DNA from: Phoronis australis | Taxonomy: Eukaryota > Animalia > Phoronida | Assembly (NCBI GenBank): GCA_002633005.1 | Contig: NMRA01000821.1 | Span: forward strand, 68,654-132,653 | DNA length: 64,000 bases | Reading direction: 5' to 3' | Part shown: positions 1-13,569 of the stretch, piece by piece | Layout of the letters: the number at the start of each line of letters is the position of its first letter | Numbering within the stretch: the stretch's first letter is position 1 | The notes under the pieces: model-generated | The model's database searches: none | What the model was told of the DNA's origin: nothing | The model's input: the letters and a program-made list of their open reading frames with translations, nothing else | Made by a program: the position numbers and the translations under genes

Positions 1-3000
1 AAGGAATCTGCCGCGAAATGGCGTTACCCTCCATCTTGTCAAAGTTGGTTGTCATGGATCCAACTGTGTAGAAAAACTCTCGCCACAGCAACTGTCCATG
101 TAAAGACACAGGTGGCTGGGTGTGCTTCTGGAATAGTTGAGATAAAAGAATTTAAGATACCATGATGGTTTCAGTTACAACATCCAAACAACTGAAATCT
201 GGAAGCACAGAATCACTCTTTCAATGTCACACAGAATTTTCATTCAGTGAGTTACCCACATTTACAAACATTACTATAATGCGAACCACACAATGAAACT
301 CCTTTTTTAAAAGAGCATTTCATTGTGGGGATTAAAATCCCTATCCAAAGTTTAACATAAACTCGTCTGAAGTTGGAAAGTCTAGAAATGTGCCTAATTT
401 TGTTACGTTCTGATTTAAAATACAAAAATAATGAAGAATAAAGTGAATGCCCCTAGGAATGGTTCCCTTATTGTGAAAATGACGCAATAAATATTGTCCA
501 AAGAATATAAATTACTCAAACAAATACTCGTCAAACTGTACAGTTACCTTTTCCTTCTGGTAAATCTCCAACAGCTTGTAATAGAATGTGCGTGCGGACA
601 AGCAGCCAAACTTTAAGTACGGGCTTAGTACTGTGGTACTGGGCTGTAAACTATTGGGCTCTGTCTTGGGCTTTTCAAATGAGCAGATCCATCTCTGTAA
701 CACAAGAGGGTGCTGTATACATTTTTGTGAGTCATCAAATACGCCACATGTTGGCCACATCACGTGACCTATATTTAAGTCTGAAAAGAGCTCTGCTCGA
801 CCAGGGTTCTGGCCCGAGACTTTCTCCTAAGTGCGCAGATACTCTAGTCCACATCGGGACCACCGGAAACTTAGAAATTATAAAATTACCAAATAATTTT
901 GAATTTACACCATCAGTATAGTCAACTGTAGTAATCAACAATCAACACTTACTTACTCTGTGCTTGGGAGGGGGGGTAACTAGAAGGCATAGCGGCTTAG
1001 AATATTGCTGACAGTTGTAAATCATGAATGTCGTTCACACAATACACGATTCACTTTTTGAAACTGACACGCAAAGTCCGTGAAAGCAATCCTTGTGAGC
1101 CCTGCTTTTAGTCATACAACTGTCCAAGTTGGACTGTGCAACTAAACACTGTTTAACAAAGGGTTTGTGGTAAGGGCAAGACTTTAATTGTTTTATTACC
1201 CCCTATTGATTCTGAATAGCCAATCCCAGAGTGTCAGCACTATCAAATGTTAGAGAAGAAGTTGATTAATCAACTGAGCAACTGTGATGACCTGTTTAAT
1301 AGCAAGGGCCATCTCGACATAGCAGTAAATCACCATGACAACGTGTGTTCTTGGACTCATGCGATAGGTAACTGCATGACCTCGTGACAAAACTGTAATC
1401 ATTTAGGATAAAAGAGACTTCTAGTATCCATTTTGATACCAAGAAAGCATATAGGCAGGCTCTAGAGTAAACAGATATTACCGTTCTTACAATATTCATG
1501 AGCTCCAGATAGTCTTCCCAGAAATCATTAAATGTCAAATAGATGTCTGACGCGGCTTTCTCCCAATTTTTAAATGTCATGAGACTTGCAAGATTTGTTT
1601 AAGTCAGAACCTATCCTCATGATTTTCATCATAAAAACAGGTAAGTTGCAAGTTCCTAAGACATACATCTAGTCTTGCCTTTGTAATGGGGCAAGGACAA
1701 CTCAATAAATGACACTGAAACATGCACGGGACAACCAGTGATTAATGTAATACTCGGAAACTCAAACACAAATAAATCAGATCTTAGCTCACCTTCGAGA
1801 AAGTGGGATTTAATATTTCACAGTATAGTTGTTCTGCGTTGTGTATCCAACCCTTCAGTAATGTCAGCCTAATTTAGATAAAATTTCTCAATTGTTGGAT
1901 ATGAGTTGAGCACGTTTTACGAAACAAAACATTGCCTTTCTCTTTACACAGTGCAACTACAGATACATCATGCTACTTTTGACTTTATCAGTCGGATCAC
2001 TACGCACCGGTTTGTCTAGCACAGCATTCAACCTTTTCAGAGCTTCAGTTTCACCACCAGGGTACAGACACGGTCCCAGACCACTAGTGTCATGACCCAG
2101 ACTTTCCAGTGTTGGCACACCATACTTCTCTTCATGGTCTGGGTCAAACTCAGGCAGACAACCTGCAATTATTTGGATTGAGCACAATGCGGAGTGTAGG
2201 TGACTATTAGCTATCCTGATTTTGCTACTGCACTAACCACTTTCAACAGCGAAAAAAATTTTATTTCGACTATTAACATAATGGAATTGGTCTCAAATTG
2301 TTCCTTAGTCAAAACAAGTAGTGTGATTTCCAATGGGATTGGAAAGAACTACCAGACTTGTTATTGGTTGTGACCAAACTCTGCACAATGACTGGTCATT
2401 GCGCGTCACTTCCTCCACCAAGCACAGCCTTAAGGAAGTCATTTCTCATCTGAGTATGAACAAGTTGAGAGCAATTACTTAATGGCCGCAAGTGGGATAA
2501 ATCAAAAGCTAGTTTCTTTGAAAGAACATAAGTTCACATTTGCCTAAAGAGTTCTGAGTCTGCTTTAAACTAATGAAAGATCACGAATTCAGAGCAAAAA
2601 TTGGCATACACGTCAAAACCTAAAAAATTAAGAAATATACAAGTTAGTAATTTTATGGCAAAATTTCAAATTGCTCCTCAGTCCATACAGTGCACATTCG
2701 TGATTATTCATACAAAAATGATTTGCTAAATCATTGAACTCAATAAAACATTCATTAAACTGATTTCAGCAACCTTCCTAGTAGTTATATAACACTGCTG
2801 CTTTCCAGGAAGCCATTGAACACAGTAATACAAACCCATAAAGTCTTCACTTGAAGGGATTCTCACAGGTTTTGGAGGGGGCCCGATCTGAGACAAGACA
2901 GTCTGGAACCGTTGATAAGTCAGTGGAGGGTTGCCTGAGTTCTTGGCAATTATCCTGGAAGATGGGGAACATCAACTTAGACCGGAAAACCACTACCTGA

Positions 3001-5639
3001 CAATGTTTGACTTTGAGCCGCAGTGATTAGTCCACAACTCCAGTGTCTAATCTCTATACTTGAAATTGAACTAAAAATCATTTTCGACCTTTTGCGTTCT
3101 ACTTTTATGCAAATTCAAGATATGTGCATAATATTCAGCACATAATGATATAAAACATAATTATACGGAAGTTCCTAGAACGAGCTCGCACTCTACTAGA
3201 GATACAATCGAGTCACTGACAAAAGCCAACGAACAGAACAATTTTAGACACTCTTATCTCGAGTTTGCACAAAACCAGAATGGAACTACCAAAAATAATG
3301 TAGATTTTAAATAAAAATAAAAGAGGCCGGGCCCACATGCTGCAAATAATTCAGTGTCCACCGTATTTAGAGTCTTGGCTGAATAAACTGATCAGGCTTC
3401 AATAACTTGGCTTGACATGATCAAGTAGTGTTGATGATGTAGTGTTGATGATGTAGTGTTGATGATGTAGTGTTGACCATGAAGTGTTGATCATGTAGTG
3501 TCGATCATGTAGTGTCGATCATGTAGTGTCGATCCTGTAGTGTTAATCATATAGTGTTAATTATCATGTAGCATTGATCATGTAGTGTCGATCATGTAGT
3601 GTCAATCATGTAGTGTTGATCATGTAGTGTCGATCATGTAGTGTTGATCATATAGTGTTGATTATCATGTAGCGTTGATCATGTAGTGTTGATCATGTAG
3701 TGCTGACCATGAAGTGTTGATCATGTAGTGTTGATCATGTAGTATTGATCATGTAGTGTTATCATGAGCTGAACCAATACAGTAAAGTTTCTTCAAATAA
3801 GAACGCAATATGGCAGAATGGTAAAACTAAATTTCGTCAAAATTTTCAATGAGAGTAAACAACAAGACTTGATTGTTTGAAAACCATATTAAGTACTGGT
3901 GTCATCAACAAACACGTGGTGACATTTTGAATATAATTCAAAAATTGAAAATATTACAATTTTGGCCATCATTTTTGTTCGAATGTGAGGTAACTTTACC
4001 GAACGTGTCAGTCCACAACTTATTTTGTGAGTTAGGAACAAGCTGAGACAAAAATTACAACAACAGTAAGTGATCAAAGTCGAAACCTAAAGGTACATCT
4101 CACACCATTTAGCCGGCTAAAAAGTAAAAATTAAATTTGAAGTACACCAGCATTTTCATATTTGTAATTTTAGTGTAAACCATATCCCGGTAAGGAATAT
4201 CATGATGCCAATTTCACAAGAGTATAAGGCATACTTCAATTTTTGCTTTTTAGCCAGCATAATATCTTTTTGACAGTAGGTTGCTTTTAAGTGTTTATCT
4301 TGGTAGTAAATGCAGAACTGAACACTTATATCTGATAAACTGGTTTCCACGGTGCCTGATTTAAGAACAGTGTCATGCACATTCACAATCTTCACTGCAC
4401 AAATGGAATGGACGACATAGGCAGTATTAGTGAAGTCATCCCTTTACTATCTGACTAGGTTGAAAACAGAAAACCCTTCATCAGCACAGGGTCGTTTGCG
4501 CAACTCCCGTGTGACAACTTGAATGCAAGGACTGTAACTGTAAAGCGCCACCTAGTGACTGCCATACCCCTGTTGACATGCTTACCGTTCAGGATTGTAC
4601 AAGGTGTGTGATGTCTCTGTAACCACTTCAATGTTATGCTGCAGCGCCATCTGTGTGACCAGACTGTCGCGCTCCCTAGCGTACGGCTCTGTGTCCGCCT
4701 CATAGCCCAGCCGAGTGACCCCCCAGTCTTTGAACACTCTGGGAAACACCTCTTGAGGATTCCCTCGCAGCACATACAACCTGAAACAGTTTCATACAAG
4801 ACGGTAAGTTCATTAACGGGACGAAAAAATCTTCCATGGGGGGAGAAGGGCGCAAGTGTAACAACAGCATAGGTCAGCATCGCAGGGCGTATGCCCTGCA
4901 GTGGTTTAAACTCAGCAGTGTTTGATCAGCTTAGTGGCCTAGGACACATCATTGAGATAGTGAAGAGAGGGTACTGGACAGTGGACAAAGAGAGAGAGAG
5001 AGAGAGGTGTCATTGCTTAATGCCTTTTCTCCATGGTCATGTTTATTGACACAGACTGATGTAAGTTAAGTATGTCTCATTCTTTAATTTTTGTCACAAG
5101 GTTTGCAAGGTTTGTGAAGAGCTAATTTGTTTCAACTATTGCAGCAGAACCTTAGAAATTCATTAGTGTATTATAATGACTTTGAATGGAAATGGAGTTA
5201 TTTTGTAAGTGGCTAACGAATATAATTGTTCAGTCAACTGGACAAACAGTTTAAGTCAGGTCTGAACACCATCTGTTGGCCACATCCCATGACCTGCACA
5301 CCGGTTCAAGATGTACATATATTTCAACATACAAATGTTTTGTATATTTCAGTTGAACTGAGCTTTCAACGGTTTTTGCCACCAGAGGTGCTACAAGAGG
5401 TTGAAGTACCTAGAATTGAGTGCCTTCAATTTCATATCCAGATCCTTGAGAGACTGAAGAAGAAAGCGCCATCTGTTGAGTCCAACTTTGGCATTCTTTA
5501 CAAACCACGGATCCAAAATAAAGATGGGTCGAAATGTTTTCACATCATCTGTACACATCTTCAACAAAGCAGGATTGTCATGGAGACGTAAACCTTTTCT
5601 GAACCAGTAGATGGCAATGTGGGTCCTATCTTTTGCCAT
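1..5639 (-). CDS. phr6-4: (6-4) DNA photolyase (cryptochrome/photolyase family); partial, continues beyond the left edge
   Basis: Coding exons 5639-5410, 4780-4586, 2954-2836, 2162-2008, 694-548 and 127-1, all GT-AG with matching phases. Translation includes [90 protein letters not shown] and [21 protein letters not shown]. The [18 protein letters not shown] and [14 protein letters not shown] motifs resemble animal (6-4) photolyases more than vertebrate-type CRY. An acceptor at 5666-5667 implies an upstream 5'UTR exon (candidate donor near 6988). Confidence 0.9.
3417..3766. repeat. 14-bp minisatellite (GATCATGTAGTGTT)n, about 24 copies, in a photolyase intron
   Basis: Directly visible tandem units with point variants. 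Confidence 0.95.
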
Positions 5640-6085
5640 GTTCCAATCCTTATGACTTAAGTCATCTGAAAATTGCACAAATGGAGGATAAAGGTGTAAC
5701 TAGGGTTTTCAGGTTTGTTTCAACAAACTGGACCAACATACAGTTTTTGTTAACAAATCATCTTCCTTAAACACCAACAACTTTTTTATCTCACAAATGC
5801 AAATAGGGCACTTCATTGGTACTCATTATTGACAGGTCGCCTGACTACTAAAGTTGTGATCTTCACTGCAAGGAAACTTGTCTGTGAATGACAGGAACTC
5901 TAATCAGCCGCTTGACGTTAATAGTGCCATGACAAGCAGCTGAGGTTTTTTTAACATGTTTAATAGTATTGGCTCTAAATTGAGAATCTTGCTGGGTCAC
6001 ATTGAATCAGTCAGGGCCTGACTGAATTATACAGACAGTATCTGAGCAGCACAGTCTGAACTGTGCCAGTGCAATTGGCACATTA

Positions 6086-6876
6086 GGCCTCGAAATTAAA
6101 ACTATTTTTCATTATTTTCAGTTCTACTTTGATATGAAATCAATATGAGTGTCTTTTATGCTCAAGCATGTCATCTGGTTTATGTGGATGATTGTGTAAT
6201 CCCATACTGCACTTGATGATCCTACAGCATATTTAAGTCATAAGTTGGAGTCTAAAGTCGTAATTTCGAGTTTTTACTTGAAATTTGGAGTTTTCCTAAA
6301 ATTTGCGACTCGGATCTAGGGGTCATTATGTGCGAATTTAGACTAAACAGTGCATGGTTAAGTATACTGCATATAGGTTTACTCAAGCACAGAATAATAA
6401 ATAGATTTCTTAATTTCGTATTATATTGGAAAATTATGTGCCATTTATATTTTCGATTTTGGTTTCGAGAAGGGCCCAGGTCTAATGTTTGCGCTTGAAA
6501 TCAAAAACATTTTTGGCCTACTCTGCTCTACTTTCATGCGAATTCAGGATAGTTAGTGGCTCAGATGGGGCTATTACTATTAGTCTACATTCTGGTTTAC
6601 ATATATGAGCCTCTAGTCCAAGTTTGCATCTGATGACCCCTATGTTAGTACTACAAACTCAGGTAACAACTCGAGATTTTTGAGTAAAAACTCGAAATTT
6701 CTGGTTCGGACTCGGAACTTTTAGCCTCCATGAGGTCATCAAGTGCAAATCGAGATTAGAAAGTTATTCAGGTAAGCCTTTACATACTTGAGCACACACT
6801 AATTGACACTTACCTTAATTTCATACAAATGTATAATAGAAAATGCCACAAATAATTTGAAGTTGGGCTTCGACTA
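6086..6876. mobile_element. Degenerate ~790-bp foldback (long inverted repeat), MITE-like
   Basis: Symmetric arm pairs: tgcacttgatga (~6208) / tcatcaagtgca (~6735); aatttcgagtttttact (~6262) / agtaaaaactcgaaatt (~6683); taggggtcat / atgaccccta; gctcaagcatgt / acatacttgagc. A related fragment lies at ~3061-3125. Confidence 0.7.
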
Positions 6877-7178
6877 GGGTAAACATGGTAGGCTAATCGG
6901 GGTCGGCATTGGAATCGGTGAACTCAGAGTTCACGAAGTTGAAAAAGTCCTCCACCTGGCTCTCATGCCTCTGGCTCTCAGCACTTACCAAGAGATTTGG
7001 ATCGCTCGTGGAACCTATTCAATTAATGAGGTGGGTCAGAGAATAGGCAATTTATCCTCAAGGGCTGGCGTTTTTTGACTGAACATACGACAGCGACACC
7101 ACGAACTGAGCGGGCAAGTTTACGAAGCGCCGCAGCGACATCTACCGGTCGCAATGCTGTGCTAAAATGCAGGCGCGC

Positions 7179-7530
7179 TGCAGTATGTGAACTTGGAATC
7201 ATGGTTAATCTAAGATTAACCGGAAGTGAGTGCTGCGTGAACTTGGAATACGCGAAGCAACTTCACAACTTCACTCAAATAATCACGTTCATGTTCATAA
7301 AAATTTGCACTGCACTAAATCAAGTTACATTTGAATAAAATAATGTCAATTTTAACCAACCTTTTCAACTACGGGCGATCAGTTTTATAAGTTCATCAAG
7401 TGATAGATTTAGCCATTCACATATTCCTCCGGTTCATCGACACAAATTACGGTAAAGGAGAAAATAGTTGATCGCGAGGCCAATAATTACAAAAATTCTT
7501 TTCACCGAATGAAAATTTCACATTTTGCCT
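7179..7530. mobile_element. Diverged or truncated copy of the TGCTGT...ACAGCA MITE family, inverted relative to the copies at 43657 and 45231
   Basis: Reverse-complement similarity to 43657-44079 over ~340 bp (gtgaacttggaat, aataatcacgttcatgttcat, catttgaataaaataatgtcaa). Confidence 0.8.
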
Positions 7531-9846
7531 ATAATGCGTGCAGTTTTAGCAAGTACACCTCGTTAGTCACGGTGCAGGACGTTACATGTACATGTATTTC
7601 ACTTTACGGAGAATCTTGGCATATAAGATCATGACCTTATGTTCCGGGTCATTCAAATTTTGGTGAAAAATTAATTCAAAAATGAATCTTGTTTATGTTA
7701 TACATTGTATTATTTGCTGATTTGTATTTTTTTCTACTATTTATGCAATATTTTATGAAACGAAAACCAGTCAACAGTTATCAAATTGAAAGTATAGAAG
7801 TATACTTATCATAGGCAAATGTTGAGTTGGCTTACTTAGGACAAAATAGTATGGACTTATATTCGAATGTAAAGCCTAGTTTCAGTTATGTTTGAGATCG
7901 CATCTTCTCGTTAATTGTTCCCATAATGCATTATTTGCAGTGAATGTCTGAGACTGGGTAACCACCTCAGTCAGTAAATCCTCTCTGATTCCCGAGAAGA
8001 CTTTGTCAGAATGCGAGTATCAAGTTAAAATGAGATTATCTCTCAGTAACATCAAAGTATAAATTATTAGTTAGTCTATTATGTCCATGGGCTTGTTTGC
8101 CGGGTTTTAGAGTAAGATGATTGTAGTTGATTTAAAGATTCTAACGCCAGAAAATTAAAGCTTGTGTCTTGTGAAGGATTTGTGCAAAATTAAATTTCCA
8201 CAACATCAACAGTGGGAATGTATAGACTCTATTCACGCGGCGGCCATTAAAATCTAAAGCGAGGCTCACTGCTGTAGTGATTCTTCAAAAGGTGTCTTAC
8301 CTTACATCTTAGTTGTCCGTGGTCGAGCTCAATAGTTCTGCTTTGGTGTGTGGTCTGGGTATCGAATGCCACTCTGCATCCAAACATGTGTATCGGCCGC
8401 AGGGCCGCTTAATTAATATTCATGATGCGCCCTCATTGGCCATTACCGGCATATGGGCCGGACAGCCAACGTCGGCAGTCTCCAAGACGAACAGCAGTCG
8501 TCTCTCGATGCCGACAGAGGGCGCGCGCGGCAGAAGGCCAGCGCAGCAGTGAGACAGGTCCAGTGACNGGGCATTGACCCAAGTGCGAGGATACGCGGTA
8601 TAGCATAAGAATCTCTGTTACATTAAATTGTTATGGTTATGAACATTTACAAAGACTTTTCATAAGTAAAAGATTTTAGTGTGCTTATACCAACGTTAAA
8701 GTGTTGTTCGTCGATAACGCCTATTCGAAAGTCAGTTATGTAATTTCATTGACGATTATCTGAACGAAATTGACTGCCTAGTACATTTAAAGTGAACATT
8801 TTTCATTTTCCGTGATGCAGCTATTGGGGGTCTGTTCTCAGCTGAAAAGCCCGGGAGGAGAGCAGCGCCAAATTAAACTAGTGAGGTGGCACCAAAAAAC
8901 GAGCCGGCTATCTGGCGTGTTTGTGTCGCTCTTTTCTCACAGATGTAATATTTTTATCATTTTATCTTGAACATAAGCTCTTCTTTGACTAATTACATTT
9001 TCTAATGATATAACTAAAATCTGAGAGCTTAGTTCGACGAAAAACAAATAAGGTTTTGAATTAGGGGCGTTGCATGAACAGATCTCTACCAATAATTTCA
9101 ATAATATTTCGAATTTGGCGTAGAATTCACTCTCACGTTGTATCAAAGCTAAAAATTAGAAATAAAACTACAATGAACAGCCTAATAAAGAAAAATCAGT
9201 CAGTATTTTCACAAGTCCGCAAATTAAAAAGTAAATTTATTGAACATAGTCGAGTCCCTATTTGGAACTGCTTCGTGCAAGCCGGTCAATGATGTCTAGG
9301 CAGGTAGTCACTGGGGTGCGGTCCAACAGCGTTGGTTGTTGCCATTTTATCCACTTTCCCGCGCGATCACTAATGACTTTGTGCATCTCTATGTTATTTT
9401 TAGTTTTTACGTCACCACGTACTTCATAGCTCAGAACAGCCCTCAGTAGTCAAATTCGTTCACGAAGCTCACATTAATAAAAATTAAACAACAGGTAATT
9501 TCAAGTGGACGCCACTTCCATGACTGTGTTTACAACAAAAAGTTCATGTTGTTATTAGCAATGAGGCAAAAAGGGTTTTTTTTCAAATCTCTGTAAATTT
9601 TCATAAGGAGCAGTTTAGAATATTGAATATAGGTCCAATCGCATCTTGGTGCCTATATTATTCCAATTATGATTTTTGTCAATACAATCTTGCCCAAACG
9701 TTCACTAAGAAGTATTTTCATACTCGAATTAACTACTTAATGTTACTGTGCCTGCTCTGAAGCCCGTGGGTCTTATAGACGAAATAACCATTTATTTGTT
9801 CACTATGTAATTGATATAGAGTACTTTTTAGTAATTATCTTAGAAA

Positions 9847-12800
9847 TTTAAAAGGTCATATCTGCTTTTTATACTCGATGTTAATATTTCTGACACTGCG
9901 GAGTCCTTTTGGCCGGGGTTTACTGTAAAATTATGTAGAGCAAATGTCCAAATTCAGAACAACTTTATAGAGTCTATCTCAAAAACGTTTTTATCGGACC
10001 CACATGGAAATTTCCCTATGCTTTTTATATTGTTCTTCAAACTGTTAAGAATTGTTTTTACAATGTTCCGCATTCTCAAAATTGACTGTCTGAAGATACG
10101 ACTTTTATGATTTTGGAAATGAATCAGACGTGAACGTTGCATAAAACCACAACGATGATAATTATGATAATTCAGAAAACTGTAATAGCGCTTTTTAAGA
10201 TTTCATCTTGCGCATATATATCAAATGAACATTGTTTGCCTATGGATGAGCGTTTTTGTTTTGTTGCTGCTTTGGTAAAAATGATGACGAGCGGTTGATA
10301 GGCTCCGAAGCGCTGGCGCTGGTGACGTGCATTAGCCTCAGATCAGCACGTGACTGAGAAGTTCAGAATAACATACAAAACATATTGTAAAATTAATTAA
10401 AAGAAAAGTAATTATGCTCATACTAAAGTTTATATGTTATAGTGCGGAGCAGTCGGTCTCGGCGACTTTCTTACACTTCGTTCAAAGCTATGACCTTGGC
10501 CTTTAGTAAGCAATATTGTTATCACCGTGCCACACGTTCAAGGAAGTTGTTCAAGATTTGGACTTGGGCTAAACAGCTAATTATTCCGTCCCATATCGAA
10601 GGTAAACACCGGTAAAAACTTGTACAATGTCAAATTTTTAAAGTATGAATGCCATGTTGTGCATACTATGTGCCTGGCCCAATTCCGACGGTCGGTGCTG
10701 ATGGTACTAGGAAGTGACTTATGTGGGCATGGCGAATAAACAATGCTACCAATCTGATCTCGATTGGTGATTGCCTGGCATATTCCAACCCTGCTCCCAG
10801 GCTCCATTAAAGATCTCAGTTGGTGGTAGTCATGGGTAACTTACCACTGAATAGAAATGGGTTGAGTAGTTCCATTACAGGGTTATCGCCTGTTTGCTAA
10901 ACTCATCTACAGGCATACAGCCAAAGGCAATGCAATTTTGCCTGAAACTTAATGCCTAGGCTTAGGGCTAGACTGTAGTACATAATCTATGCTTAAACTG
11001 AGACAGCCAAGTGGTTCATGGTGGCCATCGACCTTTTTCCAGATAGCCTGAGATGCCATGTAATCGAAGGATTGTGGGGGCAGTGGTATTCCAATACAGC
11101 ACTGTTAGATAAACGATCTCATGTCGTGAACACATCCACTAAAACAAGAAACTGTAGGAACACCGCATTTATCCACCTTCACTCTTATCAGGCTTCTATT
11201 GTGAGTCAGCATGCGTGAATAATTGGCTGATAAGCCACCTCTGGAACTACTTTGGGCTGAATGGATGACCAGGCCATAAAATGATAATTAGCCAAGACCA
11301 GTTACTATAATGCAACAAAGAACAAGTAATAATGTCTTGCATCACCTAGCCTTGGTGGAAAGCTGNCCATTGTTCAATGCTAGTCACTGATCTCTTGTGT
11401 TCAACCCATGACGTCACATGGCGCGAAATGTGAAAATTGGCAAAATTGAAAGAAAAATCAAAATTTTGAGCTAATTACACAAAATAAACATGGGTTTAGC
11501 TAAATTTTACGTCATACATTTAGTCTGTGGCCACCGGTAATTCAAAATGTGCAAAAATCCATGGTGTGTACTGTTTAAAAGGTCATATCTGCTTTTTATA
11601 CTCGATGTTAATATTTCTGACTGCGGAGTCCTCTTGGAAATCAATTTCCGGGGTTTACTGTAAAATTATGTAGAGCAAATGTCCAAATTCAGAACAAGTA
11701 CTTTATAAAGTCTATCTCAAAAACGTTTTTATCGGACCCACATGAAAATTTCCCTATGATTTCTACACTGTTCTTAAAACTGTTAAGAATTGTTTTTACA
11801 ATGTTCCGCATTCTCAAAATTGACTGTCAAATACGGCTTTTCAGTGATGAATAATCCGGCAATCAGACGTGAAAGTTGCATAAAACCAGAACGATGATAT
11901 GATAATTCAGAAAACTGTAACAGCGTTTTTAAGATTGCATCTTGCGCATTTATATCAAATGAACATTGTTTGATATGAATGAGCGTTTTTGTTTTGTTGC
12001 TGCTTTGATAAAAACTAGTGGTGACGAGCGGTTTCAGGGCTTAGATCGGAAGCGCCGCTGCAGTACGTGCATTGATTAGCCTCGGATCAGCACGTAACTG
12101 AGAAGTTCAGAATAACATACAAAACACATTGTAAAACTAATTAAAAGGAAAGTAGTTATACTCATACTAAAGTTTTTATGTTATGGTGCAGAGCAGTCTC
12201 GGCTACCATTTTCTTACACACTAGATGTCAACTTCATTCGAAGCTATGACCTTGGCCTTTAGTAAGCAATATTGTTATCACCGTGCCACACGTTCAAGGA
12301 CGTTGTTCAGGATTTGGACTTGGGCTAAACAGCTAATTATTCCGTCCCGCATCGAAGGTAAACACCGGTAAAAACTTGTACAATGCCAAATGTTTAGTGT
12401 AAGAATGCCATGTTGTACATACTATGTGCCTGGTCCAATTCCGACGGTCGGTGCTGATGGTACTAGGAAGTGACTTCTGTGCCGTGGGCAGGGCGAATAA
12501 ACAACGCTGTCGCTACTGATCTGACCTGGCATATTCCAACCCTGCTCCCAGGCTCCATTAAAGATCTCAGTTGGTGGTAGTCAAGGGTAACTAACCACTG
12601 AATAGGTTATGGGTTGAGTAGACCCATTACAGGGTTATCGCCTGTTTGCACACAGCCAAAGGCAATGTAATTTTGCCTGAAACTTTATGCCTAGGCCTAG
12701 GACTATAGTACATAATCTATGCTTAAGCTGAGACTGCCAAGTAGTTCACCGTGGCCATTGACCTTTTTCCAGATAGCCTGAGATGCCATGTAATCAAAGG

Positions 12801-12860
12801 ATTGTGGGGGCAGTGGTCTTCCAATACAGCACTGCTAATAGACATATAGATAAACGATCT
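9847..12860 (+). repeat. Direct duplication of ~1.28 kb (9847-11119 and 11574-12860) upstream of CYBA
   Basis: Colinear high similarity from tttaaaaggtcatatctgc to agataaacgatct, with small indels. A single N at 11366 lies between the copies. Confidence 0.95.
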
Positions 12861-13569
12861 GTAGAAAAATCTTCACTTTTGCAGAATATTTCAAACAACT
12901 GAAAGTTTAGTTTATCATAGATGCGAGCAAACAGGTAGCAAAAACCAGCTGCCAGGTAGGTCACCCAGCAGGCTATTACCACTTAAATTTCTGGATATAC
13001 TGGGTATCTGTATTAGTGTTACCTGAGATTTGCACACTCTGGTTTTCACTACATCATGAAAAAAGTCAAAATGTGACCCCAGTGTAATTAGTACTACTAT
13101 ATCTACTATTAGCGAAGGTCAATCTGGAAGTGGTTTAAGAATTAAATGTAACAGACGTGCAGTGATGCAGTCACATCAACAATGACTAGTTCATGATTCT
13201 GGTGGTGAATGAAGTGACGATCAAAAGAAATACCTTGATTCTTGAAGTATACGTTTGATACATGTACACTTGAGTTGGAAGGATTTCAAGACATTGTTGA
13301 CCTCCTGAGGTGTCCCTTTCAGTAAAGCTTAAGTATTAACCTGCATTTACTGCGATTGTATTAATGAAAGAACTGAGAAAAATCTGCTTATCTCAGTTTA
13401 GGTGGTGTTTTTGTAGATCTATGCTATAAAAAGGTTTTGTAATTGAACTGTTATTGTTTAAACCCTTGTGATCGGAATTTGTTTATTGTGTCACCCCTTC
13501 TTTGTGTCGAACTGATTACTAGTCTCCTTTGTTTTTATTTTAGCCCGTACTGACCACACACCATTGACC

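Noticed and set aside
1296-1580. 94-aa minus-strand ORF within a photolyase intron
   Set aside because: The photolyase exon chain is complete without it, and it has no recognisable motif.
13564-13569. TTG start given by the ORF track for CYBA
   Set aside because: The conserved p22phox start is the ATG at 13570 (MGQIEW).
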